Below, piece by piece: positions 1 to 10,645 of a stretch of 64,000 nucleotides of DNA; position 1 is the stretch's first letter, and every line of letters starts with the position of its first letter. The notes under the pieces are model-generated. The model was not told the DNA's origin. It was given only the letters and a program-made list of their open reading frames with translations, and did no database searches. The stretch covers positions 258,792-322,791 of the forward strand of contig CAWANJ010000007.1 of assembly GCA_963783385.1 (NCBI GenBank). The letters run 5' to 3'. Position numbers and translations under genes: made by a program. This DNA comes from an uncultured Gemmatimonadales bacterium (GTDB lineage: Bacteria > Gemmatimonadota > Gemmatimonadetes > Palauibacterales > Palauibacteraceae).

Positions 1-870
1 CGAGAGTCCCTCCACCGTCACCGTGTCGTCGACGGCCAGGTGCGGGCCGGCGCCGCCGTCCACCACCAGGCGGTAGCCGTCCGGGTCAACATCGACCCCC
101 GACGTGGCCGAGGTGACCTTCAGGTCGCCCGGCTGGGCGGCGAGCGCCCCGTAGATGCTGAAGTGGGTGCTTTGGCCGGTCACGGTGTGAATCGTGGTGT
201 CCACCGTGCTGCCGGTGACCGGCACCCACTGGCCGTCCTGGACGGTGTGGAGCCGGATGCTGCCCTCCGAGGCTCCCGAGGGCACGTTGGCCGGGTCGTA
301 GACGATGCTGATCTGAACCGCCTTGGAGAACTGGGTGCCGTCGGGCAGGTACTCGTACGCCGGTCCCACGAGCCGGGAATCCGAGGCGGAGGGCAGCAGG
401 GAGTCCGGCGCCGTGGCGACCGAGAGGACGACCGAGTCCGACACGGCCCCCGAGGGCACGTCCACGCGCGCCTTGCCGTCCGGAGTCGCCGCCGTTCCGC
501 CCGAAGCGGCCACCACCACGCCGCACTGAACGTCGAAGCGGACCGAGGCGGTAGCATCGCTCGAGACATCGAAGGTCAGGGGGTTGGAGGGACCGGCGCT
601 GCAGTTGGAGGCCACCTCGCCCAGGGTGAGCGTGTGCGCGCCGGGCTGCAGGCCCGAGAACGTCACAGACCCGTTCGGCGACACGTTCTGCGGCGAGCCA
701 TCATCCAGCGTGACCGTGTAGCCGTTCTGGTCCGGGTCGGACCCCCTGGTGCTCACCGTGACGCTCACCGTGCCCGGGTTGGGTGGCGGCACGATTGTAG
801 GAGGTTCGCCACACGCTGTGATGCTCGCCAGCGTCAGGGCGAAAGAGGTCAGGTACAGGGATGAACGCAT
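1..870 (-). CDS. Surface lipoprotein paralog 1 (lipobox, Ig-like repeat, ZU5-like domain with THFS, further Ig repeats); runs off the left edge
   Basis: Not in the ORF track (no stop in window). Manual translation from ATG at 870 gives MRSSLYLTSFALTLASITAC-GEPPTIVPPPNPGTVSVTVSTRGSDPDQNGY...VASNC...FDVQC, then GGTAATPDGKARVDVPSGA...GQSTHFSIYG. The frame is open to base 1. Confidence 0.85.
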   Translation of the reverse strand, partial: MRSSLYLTSFALTLASITACGEPPTIVPPPNPGTVSVTVSTRGSDPDQNGYTVTLDDGSPQNVSPNGSVTFSGLQPGAHTLTLGEVASNCSAGPSNPLTFDVSSDATASVRFDVQCGVVVAASGGTAATPDGKARVDVPSGAVSDSVVLSVATAPDSLLPSASDSRLVGPAYEYLPDGTQFSKAVQISIVYDPANVPSGASEGSIRLHTVQDGQWVPVTGSTVDTTIHTVTGQSTHFSIYGALAAQPGDLKVTSATSGVDVDPDGYRLVVDGGAGPHLAVDDTVTVEGLS

Positions 871-1061
871 GCGTACCAAGCCGTTCACCGGCGGGCTCCC
901 GGCTCGAGGTCCAGGGGGACCCCGACCATCAGCTTCACGATCTATGCCATGCGAAGCCGGGTGGGGTCGCGGGCCTACGACTCAGCCGCGAGTCCCCGTA
1001 GAGTCCCCATGGGCTGTCTCGTTGGACATAGCCGTCACGGCCGCTCAGGCGGGCGGTCGCC

Positions 1062-4000
1062 TCACGGGCAGGAGACCGTGAACGGCGCCGACGCCTGGTT
1101 GCCGAAGGTGACGTTCACGCTCAGCGGGTTGGTGGTCGTCACGGTGCAGGTGGGGGACGGCACGTTGAGCGTCACCTGGTGGCTTCCGACCGACACGCTG
1201 GGGAACGTGTAGCCCCCGTTCGCTCCGATCGTCTGGGCCGTCCCGCCGTCCAGCTGCACGGTGTAACTGGTCGGGGCGCTCGCCCCTGAGCTCGTGGCGG
1301 TCGCCTGGATGCTGCCCACGTTGGCCACGCAGCTGATCGTGAAGCTGACTGTTGACGTGCTGTCGTACGCGACAGTCACCGACGTCGGGTTGGAGCTGCT
1401 CACGGTGCAGTTGGCCTGTACGCTGGTGGGATCGATCGCCACGCTACGACTGCTCCCCACGGCCACGTTGTTGAAGGTGGTGCTTGCGTTCGTGGCCATC
1501 GTCTGGGCTGATCCGCCATCGACGGTGACCGAGTACCCGTCCGGATCGAGGTCCGTGCCCGTGGTCGAGTTCGAGGCCTGGATGCTCCCGACGTTGGCCT
1601 GGCAGGAGACGGTGAAGGCAGCGGTGACCGTGGTGTTGTAGCTGACCGTCACCGGCTGCGCGGTGCCGCCCGTGCTGGTCACGGAGCAGTTGGCCGGCAC
1701 GCCGACGAGGTTCACGGTGTGGCTGCCGGTCGGGACGTTGCTGAAGGTGACGCCGGTGCTGTTGTTGATCCCGATCGACTGCGCGTTGCTGCCGTCCAGG
1801 TCCACCGTGTAGCCGCTCGGCAGGTCGCTGCCGGTGGTCGAAGTGGTCGCCTTGACGGTGCCCGTGCTGGCCTGGCAGGAGACGGTGAAGGCAGCGGTGA
1901 CCGTGGTGTTGTAGCTGACCGTCACCGGCTGCGCGGTGCCGCCCGTGCTGGTCACGGAGCAGTTGGCCGGCACGCCGACGAGGTTCACGGTGTGGCTGCC
2001 GGTCGGGACGTTGCTGAAGGTGACGCCGGTGCTGTTGTTGATCCCGATCGACTGCGCGTTGCTGCCGTCCAGGTCCACCGTGTAGCCGCTCGGCAGGTCG
2101 CTGCCGGTGGTCGAAGTGGTCGCCTTGACGGTGCCCGTGCTGGCCTGGCAGGAGACGGTGAAGGCAGCGGTGACCGTGGTGTTGTAGCTGACCGTCACCG
2201 GCTGCGCGGTGCCGCCCGTGCTGGTCACGGAGCAGTTGGCCGGCACGCCGACGAGGTTCACGGTGTGGCTGCCGGTCGGGACGTTGCTGAAGGTGACGCC
2301 GGTGCTGTTGTTGATCCCGATCGACTGCGCGTTGCTGCCGTCCAGGTCCACCGTGTAGCCGCTCGGCAGGTCGCTGCCGGTGGTCGAAGTGGTCGCCTTG
2401 ACGGTGCCCGTGCTGGCCTGGCAGGAGACGGTGAAGGCAGCGGTGACCGTGGTGTTGTAGCTGACCGTCACCGGCTGCGCGGTGCCGCCCGTGCTGGTCA
2501 CGGAGCAGTTGGCCGGCACGCCGACGAGGTTCACGGTGTGGCTGCCGGTCGGGACGTTGCTGAAGGTGATGCCGGTGCTGTTGTTGATCCCGATCGACTG
2601 CGCGTTGCTGCCGTCCAGGTCCACCGTGTAGCCGCTCGGCAGGTCGCTGCCGGTGGTCGAGGTGGTCGCCTTGACGGTGCCCGTGCTCGAGACGCAGCTG
2701 ATCGTGAAGCTGGCTGAGGCCGTGTTCCCGAACGTGACGCTCACCGACGTCGGGTTGGCGCTGGTCACGGTGCAGTTGGGAGCCACGCTGGCCGAGGCGA
2801 TCGCCACGCTGTGGGTTCCGACGGCGACGTTGCTGAACGTCGTGCTGGCGTCGGTGGCCATGGTCTGGGCGCCGCCACCGTCGAGCGTCACCGAGTAGCC
2901 GTCCGCGTCCAGGTCCGTACCCGTCGTCGTGTTGGATGCCTGGATGCTCCCCTGGTTCGGGCTGCAACTGACGGTGAACGCGGCGTTCACCGCGGTCCCG
3001 AAGGTCACCTCCACGGTCTGCGTGGCGCCGCCCGCGCTGGTGATCGAGCAGTTGGCGTTCACGCCGCCCAGGGTGACCGTGTGGCTTCCGACCGGCACGC
3101 CGGTGAAGTCGTGACTCCCGGTCGGGCTGGTGATGGAGGCGGGCGTGCTGCCGTCCAGGGCGAGCGTGTAGCCGTCTGAATCCTGGTCCGATCCCGAGGT
3201 CGACGCCGAGGCGTGGATGGTCCCCACGTCCGCCACGCAACTGACAGTGAAGCTCGTCGTCGTGGTCTGCTTGTAGGTGACGCTGACCGTCTTAGACGCT
3301 CCGCCCGATACCGTACAGTTAGCGTTGACCCCGGTGAGCGTCACCGTGTGGCTGCCCTCGGCCACACTGGCGAACAACACGCTGTCTGTGCCCGTGATGG
3401 ACTGGCCGCTGCCGCCATCCAGCAGGACCGTGTACGTATTGTCCGGGTCCGTGCCGCTCGTGGAGGTTTTCACGACCAGGTCCCCGACCCGCTTGCTGCA
3501 GTCCACGGCGAACGTGGTGGAGTCCACGCCACCGTCGGGAATCGTGACCGTGCGCGGGTTGGGCTGGGTCACGGTGCAGTTGTTGGCCACGCCGTCGAGC
3601 AGGACCTGGTGGTCGCCCGCGGCCAGGTTCGGGATCGTGATGGAGGCGTTGATCTCGATGGCCGTGCCGGCGCTGCCGTCGACCGCGACCGAGTAACCGT
3701 CCGGGTCCTGATTCTGGCCCGTCGTTCCCGTGATGACCACCAGGTCGCCCGGGAAGGCCGCGCACGTCACGTCGAAGGTGGCGGTGGACGTGGAGTCGAA
3801 GGCGACGTCCACGCTCTGCGGGTTGGCGCCCGAGATCGAGCAGTTGGAGACCAGGTCCGGACAGCTGGACGGAGTGGGTGCCGACAGCCACGTTGGCGAA
3901 GGTCACCGAGTCCCCGGTGGCCACGTGCTGGCTCAGCGTCCCGTCCAGCGTGACGGTGTAGCCGGTCCGGATCCGGGTCGGGCCCGGTGGTCGGGGCCCG

Positions 4001-5304
4001 GACCTTCAGGTTGCCGACCGCGGCCGAGCAGGTGACGTCGAAGCCGGCCGTCACGGTGCCGCCGTCCGGCACCGTCACGTTCTTCGTGGCCCCACCGGCC
4101 ACGGTGCAGTTGGCCGCCACGCTGTCGAGCCGGACCGAGTGGCTGCCGGCCGCCAGCCCCGGGAGCGTCAGACTGCCGTTGATGGCCACGTGCTGCGCCA
4201 GGCCACTGTCCACGCTGACCGTGTAGCCATCGGGATCGAGGTTCGTCCCCGACGTCGACGTGGTCACCTGCAGGTCGCCCGTCTGCGAGCTGCAGCTCAC
4301 CGTGAAGGTGGTGGTGGCCGTGTCCTGGGCCGGCACGCTCACCGTGCGCGGGTTGGAGCCCGACACGGTGCAGTTGGCCGCCACGCTGTCGAGCTGGACC
4401 GTGTGGTCGCCCACGGACAGCCCGCCTATGGCCAGCGTGTCGTTGATGGCCAGCGCCCGGCCGACGCCGCCATCCACACTCAGCTCGTATCCGGTCGAGT
4501 CGAGCTTGGCGCCGGAGGTGGCCGAGATCACCTGCAGGACACCCGGCTGGGAGGCGACCGCCCCGTAGACGCTGAAGTGGGTGGTCTGTCCTGTGACGCT
4601 GTGGAGGCTGGTGTCCACGGTGCTTCCGGAGACCGGGACCCACTGGCCGTTCTGGACCGTGTGGAGCCGGATGCTGGTCTCCGAGGCGCCCGAGGGCACG
4701 TTGGCCGGGTCGTAGACGATGGTGATCCGGACCGACTTGGCGAACTGGGTCCCGTCGGGCCGGTACTGGTAGGCCGAGCCCGTCACGTAGCCGGGGCCCG
4801 GCGAGGGCAGCAGCGAGTCGGCGGCCGGGACGACCGAGATTATGGTCGAGTCCGACAGGGCCCCCGAGGGCACGTCCACGCGCGCCTTGCCGTCCGGCGT
4901 GGCCGCCGTCCCGCCCGAGGCGGCCACCACCACCCCGCACTGCACGTCGAAGCGGACCGACGCGGTGGCGTCGCTCTGGACCGACGAAGCTCAGCGGATT
5001 GGAAGGACCTGCCTCACAGTTGGAGGCCACGTCGCCGAGGGTGAGGTGTGCGCGCCGGGCTGGAGGCCGCTGAACGTCACCGACCCGTTCGGCGACACGT
5101 TCTGCGGCGAGCCATCATCCAGTGCGACCGTATAGCCGTTCTGGTCCAGGTCGGAGCCCGTGGTGCTGACGGTCAGGCTCACCGTGCCCGGGTTGGGGGG
5201 CGGGACGACGGTGGGTGGGCTGCCGCAGGTGGCGGCGACGACGGCCGGCTGACGACGCGACGGCGGCGCCGGATGATCGAACGCGCGCTCGAACGGGTGC
5301 TCAC
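1062..5304 (-). CDS. Surface lipoprotein paralog 2: Ig repeat + ZU5-like (TTHFS) + 13 further Cys-bridged Ig-like repeats; several frameshifts
   Basis: GTG at 5304 with GAGGAG RBS. ORFs 4991-5350, 3933-5030, 3767-4945, 3319-3924 and 1062-3812 join into one protein: VVAATC-GSPPT lipobox-like site and ~90-aa T/S-rich repeats with DPDGY, H-x-V-x-L, ANC and F-x-V-x-C motifs. Confidence 0.8.
1596..2687. repeat. Four tandem near-identical 273-bp (91-aa) coding repeats
   Basis: Units start at 1596, 1869, 2142 and 2415 (acggagcagttgg recurs at 1681/1954/2227/2500). By eye only two substitutions, both in the 2415-2687 copy. Confidence 0.95.
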
Positions 5305-5471
5305 CAGCGGACTCCTCGGATACGTGAACGTGATCGGCGCAAAGCCGCATCGCGCGCCTCGACCTGGGCTCGGCTGGATCCCGACGGCGCGTACCCGGCG
5401 AAACGGGAAGTTCTTGAACGCAGCTCCGTCAAGGACTCATCGACGCGTTATCGTAGCCTTGGAGGTGATCG

Positions 5472-8382
5472 CTACGGGCTCACGGTCCGCGTTGTTCATC
5501 GCACGTGGCTCGCGTCGTTCGGCAGATCGAGGCGATCGAGCCGTCCGCCGTCATCATGCCAGATCTCCTGAGATCCCGCTCCGCAGCGCCGTGAAGTAGA
5601 TCTTCGGTGCCATCCGGCGAGTACATACGGGTGCGAAGTCCGGAGCGGGTCGGTCGTGAGCTGGGTCGGCCGTTCCGTCGGTCGAGTTCATGACGTAAAT
5701 GTCGCCGCGGCGTCCAAGTTGCGATCGGCTGGCAAACACGATCCTGGCTCCCGTCCGGCGAGCACGGCCGGGTTGAAGTCGTTCAATGTCGAATCTTGCG
5801 TGAGGTTCGTCGGCGATCGCATCGTGCTGAGGTCGATCGTGTAGATCTCGCCGTTTCCGACGTAGTCGCTGCGCCGAAGGCGATCTTGGTGCCGTCCGGC
5901 GACCAGTGCGGGTTACAGTCCGTTGAACGTGGGTCGACGTGATCTGCTTCAGGCCCGTGCCGTCGCGTTCATGGTGTAGATGTGTTGGAAACCGGAGTGG
6001 TCTGCCGGTCGAACGCGAGCGCGGTGCCGTCCGGTGACCACAGCGGGTGGCGCTCGGCGTTCCCGTCGTTCGTGAGGTACCGCTGGCCCGAGCCGTCCAC
6101 CAGCATGGTCCAGATGTTCCAGGCGCCGCTGACCGCTTGCTCGGTGAACAGCGATCAGGTTCCCGTCCGGAGAGACGGCGGGCAGGCGCTCGTCCGTCGT
6201 GTTGTTCGTCAGGTTGGACTGCGGCTGTCCGTCCGTGTTCATCAGGTAGATCTGGAAGTGCCCGGTGCCGGTTCGATTCGAAGGCGATCTTGCTGCTCAT
6301 CGGCGCCACGCAGCCGACCGAGAAGCTGCTGTGCGCCGTCGCCCCGTGAAGGCATGGTCACGGTTTCGGGTTGGCGCTCTGCACCCGCAGTTCTCCGCCA
6401 CGCCGCTCAGATCGTCGATCTGAGTGGCTCCCCACGGCATGCTGCCGAAGGTGACGGAGCTATTGCGCGCCATGCGTCTGGCTCGTGGTGCCGGAGTCGA
6501 GCGTGACCGTGTAGCTGGCGTCGAGGTTGGAGCCGGTGGTCGTGTTGCTCGACCTGGAGGTCGCCCACGTTCGCGGCGCAGCTCACCACGAAGGCCGTGT
6601 CCGTGACGCCGCCGTGCGGCGCGTCGACGGTCATCGGGTTGGCGCCGCTGACGGTGCAGTTGGACGCCACGTTCCCGAGCGTGGATCGTGTGGTCGGTCC
6701 GGCCGTGAGGGTGGCGTACGTGATGCTGTCGTTGACCGCGATCGGGACGCTGTGCCGCCATCCAGCGTGACGGTGTAGCCGTCCGGGTCGAGGTCCGTCC
6801 CGCCGGTCTCCGTGCTCACCTTGATGTCACCCGGTGAGCGAGACGCAGGAGACGTCGAAGGTGGCGGTGGAGGTGGAGTCGAAGGCGACGTCCACGCTCT
6901 GCGGGTTCGAGCCGGAGATGGAGCAGTTGCCGGCCATGCCGGTGAGCTGCACCGAGTGCGTGCCCGTGGCGACGTTCGCGAAGGTGACCGAGTCGTTCGC
7001 CGCCAGCGTTCTGGCTAGAGTGTTCCGTCGAGCGTGACCGTGGTAGCTGTTGGGTCGGGATCAGGCCCGGTGGTCGGGGCCTTGACCTTCAGGTTCCCGA
7101 CACTGGCCGAGCAGGTGACGTGAAAGCCGGCCGTCGCCGTGCCGCCGTTCGGCACCGTCACGTTCTTGGTCGCCCCACCCGCCACGGTGCAGTTGGCGGC
7201 CACACTGTCGAGCAGGACCGAGTGGCTTCCGGCCGCCAGGCCCTGCAGCGTCAGACTGTCGTTGATGGCCAGGTGCTGCGTGGGACCGCTGTCGACGCTC
7301 AGCGCGTAGCCGTCGGGGTCCTGGTTTGTGCCCGAGGTCGAGGTCGTGACATGCAGGTCGCCCGTCTGCGAGCTGCAGCTCACCGTGAAGGTGGTGGTGG
7401 CCGTGTCCTGGGACGGCACGCTCACCGTGCGTGGATTCGAGCCCGCCACGGTGCAGTTGGCGGCCACGCTGTCGAGCTCGACCATGTGGTCGCCCACCGA
7501 CAGCCCCACGTCCAGCGTGTCGTTGATGGCCAGGTGCTGGCCGGCGCCGCCGTCCACCACGAGCCGGTAGCCGTCCGGGTCGAGATTGGCGCCCGAGGTG
7601 GCTGTGATGGTTTTCAGGACGCCGGGCTGGGCGGCGACCGCCCCGTAGATGCTGAAGTGGGTGGTCTGCCCGGTGACGGTGTGCAGGGTGGTGTCCACCG
7701 AGCTGCCCGTGACGGGCACCCACTGGCCGTTCTGGACGGTGTGGAGCCGGATGCTGCTCTCCGACGCGCCCGAGGGAACGTTGGCCGGATCGTAGACGAG
7801 AGTGATCTGGACCGGCTTGGAGAACTGGGTGCCGTCGGGTCGATACTGGTAGGCCGAGCCGGTGACGTAGCCCGGCGCCGGCGAGGGCAGCAGGGAGTCG
7901 GGGGCCGGGACGACCGAGATTATGGTCGTGTCCGGCAACGCCCCCGAGGGCACGTCCACCCGGGCCTTGCCGTCCGGCGTCGCCGCCGTTCCGCCGCTGC
8001 CGTCCATTACGACGCCGCAGTCCACCTCGAAGCTGGAGGACGCCGTGGCGCTGGCCTGGACGCTGACGCTCACGGGGGCCGATGGGCTGGCCATGCAGTT
8101 GGAGGCCACCCCGCCCAGCGTGAGGTTGTGGCTCCCGACCGTCACGTCGGTGAAAGTCACGGTGCCGTTCGTAGCCACGTCTTTGGGCGTGCCGCTGTCC
8201 AGGGCGATCGTGTAACCGTCCGAATCCTGGTTCGAGCCACTGGTCTTGACCGTGGCCGTGACCGTCCCGGTCTTCGGCGGAGGAGGCGCGGTGGGAGATC
8301 CGCTGCACGTTGCGGCCACGATCGTCAGGAAGGTGATGAACACTCCGCGGCGCGCGCGGTCATACCACACTGAGGTACTCAC
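5472..8382 (-). CDS. Surface lipoprotein paralog 3: Ig + ZU5-like (TTHFS) + ~5 Ig repeats + C-terminal TolB/PD40 beta-propeller; heavily frameshifted 3' half
   Basis: GTG at 8382 with GGAGG 8 nt upstream; signal ...VFITFLTIVAATC-SGS. ORF 7015-8562 has Ig-ZU5-Ig-Ig. Fragments KIAFESNR, MNTDGQPQSNLTNNTTDERLPAVSPDG, RIVFASR, DIYVMN and KIYFTALRSG are PD40-like. Probable end VSP-TAG at 5472. Confidence 0.72.
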
Positions 8383-8723
8383 AGGTCGAGCCTCCGTAGC
8401 CGTGTTGAGCCGGTTGTCGCACATTTGAGCTTCGATTGTCCGGTCGAGTGGCCGCTGAATCCTGGTCTCACGACGTCCCCCGAACCGACGCGTCGGCCGG
8501 GACGCGGGCAACGTGGCGTCGGTCCTCGCAAGAACTGGACTGGCACGGTCCACGACACCCAACCGATTCGCGGATGGTGGCTTGGCTGGCTTTCACGCAG
8601 CGCGCGAGCCGCCGTGATGTGGTGCCGAAGCAACACCTGCGGGCCTCGATAAGAGTTGCCCACGGCTCGCCGCGACCGCCCACCTCCGTGCGGGATCCGT
8701 GCCGCGTCGCCCTCCGAGGCTCG

Positions 8724-8738
8724 TGGCACATGCCGTGC
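8724..8738 (+). promoter_or_regulatory. Possible sigma-54 (-24/-12) promoter
   Basis: TGGCACATGCCGTGC fits TGGCAC-N5-(T/G)TGC spacing, ~85 bp upstream of the deacetylase start. Confidence 0.35.
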
Positions 8739-8824
8739 CCTACAAGGTCCCCGATTCCGCGTGGCCCGCACCGGCCGCGCCCGAGTGTGCTGGCTCCGCC
8801 GGACGGCGATCGGGAGGTTCCAAA

Positions 8825-9730
8825 GTGGCAGCGCCGGACAACTCTGGACGGGTGGCTCACGTCCTGACCGTCGACCTGGAGGAGTACTTCCAGGTCGGCG
8901 AGTTCGCGGGCGTGGTCACGCCGGCTGAGTGGCCGTCGCTTCCCAGTCGCCTGCAGCCCTCGGTCGGCCGCCTCCTCGACCTGTTCGATGAGGCCGGCGT
9001 GGTCGCCACCTTCTTCGCCGATGAATGGATCGCCAGCCACCACCGTGGAGTCATCCAGCAGCTGGCCCGGAAAGGCCACGAGCTGGGCGTGAAGACGTCG
9101 CTACGGACCGGCGATCCGCCCCGCGAGGCAGGGGCCTTCAGGACCGACGTGAGGCACGCGCGGGCCCGCCTGAAGGACATCGCGGGCCGGTCGGTGTTCG
9201 GTCACCGCGGTGGCCCCGGCACGCTGTCGCGTCGGGACGAGATCGGCCTCGACATCCTCATCGAGGAGGGCTTCCTGTACGACTCGAGCGCGGCCGACTC
9301 CTGGACGGCGCACCTCGTGGGGGACCGGAAGCCGATTCCGCGGGTCGTGGAGCGACCCTCCGGCGATCTGCTGACCCTGCCCGTGTCGCGTGCGTCGGTG
9401 CTCGGAGTGCCGCTGGGTCCGGCCGGCCGAATGCTCCGTCAGCTGCCCTATCCGGTGGCCCGGAAATGTCTTGCAAGGCACGAGAGGGACGGGCAAAGTG
9501 CGGTACTGAGGATTCGGTCCTGGGAGATCGACCCCTACCAGCCGCGGCTGTCTCACGCCCTCGGCGTGCGGCTCCGCCATTACGGCGGCCTGGAGCGGAT
9601 GCTCCCACGGCTCGCTCGACTGCTGTCCGAGTTCAGCTTCACCTCGGTGGAGCGTCGGTTCGGGCTGTCACGTGACGACGGCGACGAGGGTGGGGCCTGG
9701 GACGAGAAGCTGGGAGCGGCGGGAGGATGA
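8825..9730 (+). CDS. XrtA/PEP-CTERM-associated polysaccharide deacetylase-like protein (CE4 + DUF3473), degenerate active site
   Basis: HVLTVDLEEYFQV, ATFF, GHE, YDSS and WEIDPYQPR...RHYGGL motifs. In-frame GTG at 8825 preceded by GGGAGG. Confidence 0.8.
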   Translation: MAAPDNSGRVAHVLTVDLEEYFQVGEFAGVVTPAEWPSLPSRLQPSVGRLLDLFDEAGVVATFFADEWIASHHRGVIQQLARKGHELGVKTSLRTGDPPREAGAFRTDVRHARARLKDIAGRSVFGHRGGPGTLSRRDEIGLDILIEEGFLYDSSAADSWTAHLVGDRKPIPRVVERPSGDLLTLPVSRASVLGVPLGPAGRMLRQLPYPVARKCLARHERDGQSAVLRIRSWEIDPYQPRLSHALGVRLRHYGGLERMLPRLARLLSEFSFTSVERRFGLSRDDGDEGGAWDEKLGAAGG

Positions 9731-9930
9731 GCGCCGGGGCGCCGGCCGGGACCGGTGTGTTGCACGCGCCCGACAGCGGCGTGTCGCGGCGCCGCAGGAA
9801 CGCGGCGCGCGGGCGCTGCGACCCACCGTCCGCGGGTCCGCGGGACGCCGATCGTGACAGGGCGTATCATCCGGATCGTCAATGCATTAGCTGATGGCTA
9901 GCGGGTCGGGCCCCGCGCACTGCTCGCGCC

Positions 9931-9946
9931 GGGAATCCGACTTGCT
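9931..9946 (+). promoter_or_regulatory. Possible sigma-54 promoter upstream of the upxY-like gene
   Basis: GGGAATCCGACTTGCT has GG at -24 and TTGCT at -12 with correct spacing. Confidence 0.3.
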
Positions 9947-10099
9947 TCCATGATGGGCCCGGGCACGCCGCGGCGTGTCCGATCACAGCTCGACCGAAGA
10001 CAGCGGGGTGCCGCCTCCGACGATCGGTGGGATGGTACTCAGGGGCGCGAAGCGCATCCGGCGACCACGAGACCGCCGCACGAGGAGCCAGAGCCTGAC

Positions 10100-10645
10100 A
10101 TGGTAGCCGTCACCGAAACGCTCGCGCCGCGCTGGTACGCGTGTTACACGCGATCCCGGCACGAGAAGCGTGTCGACCAGCGTCTGCGCAGCCAGGGGAT
10201 GGAGGTGTTCCTTCCCACGGTCGCCCGGGTCCGCCAGTGGCACGACCGCGAGAAGGTCGTGGAGTGGCCCCTGTTTCCCGGTTACGTGTTCGCGCGATTC
10301 GGGCTGGACGCTCTCGCCCGGGTCCTGGGCACGCCGGGGGTCGCCACGGTGGTTCGCTTCAACGGACGGCCCGTGGCCATCCCGGAGCACGAGATCGAGA
10401 ACGTGCGGCGACTGGCCCACGGGCTCGGTCGTGCCGACGCCGATCCCGAGCCGGTGCCCATGGTGGAGACCGGCCGGCCCGTCCGGATCACGTCCGGGCC
10501 TCTCGAGGACGTGCGCGGCATCGTGGCCGAGCACCGCGGTCGGGACCGGCTTCTCATCACCGTCGGGCTGCAGTCGATCGGCCAGGGCATGAAGGTCGAG
10601 GTCGATGCCGGCCTGGTTGAACTCCTAGAGATCGAGGACCGATGA
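10100..10645 (+). CDS. UpxY/RfaH-type NusG-paralog transcription antiterminator
   Basis: WYACYTRSRHEKRV...FLP...WHDREKVVEWPLFPGYVF NGN domain and KOW GRPVRITSGPL. ATG at 10100 after GAGGAG; heads the polysaccharide operon. Confidence 0.9.
   Translation: MVAVTETLAPRWYACYTRSRHEKRVDQRLRSQGMEVFLPTVARVRQWHDREKVVEWPLFPGYVFARFGLDALARVLGTPGVATVVRFNGRPVAIPEHEIENVRRLAHGLGRADADPEPVPMVETGRPVRITSGPLEDVRGIVAEHRGRDRLLITVGLQSIGQGMKVEVDAGLVELLEIEDR

Noticed and set aside
1596-2687. Tandem repeats as a CRISPR array
   Set aside because: The units are 273 bp, in-frame and coding, with no spacers and no cas genes.
5330-5410. ggcgcaaagcc resembling part of a c-di-GMP-I riboswitch
   Set aside because: It is on the wrong strand for the downstream gene, lacks the GCAAAC/GAAA P2 elements and lies in an error-rich patch.
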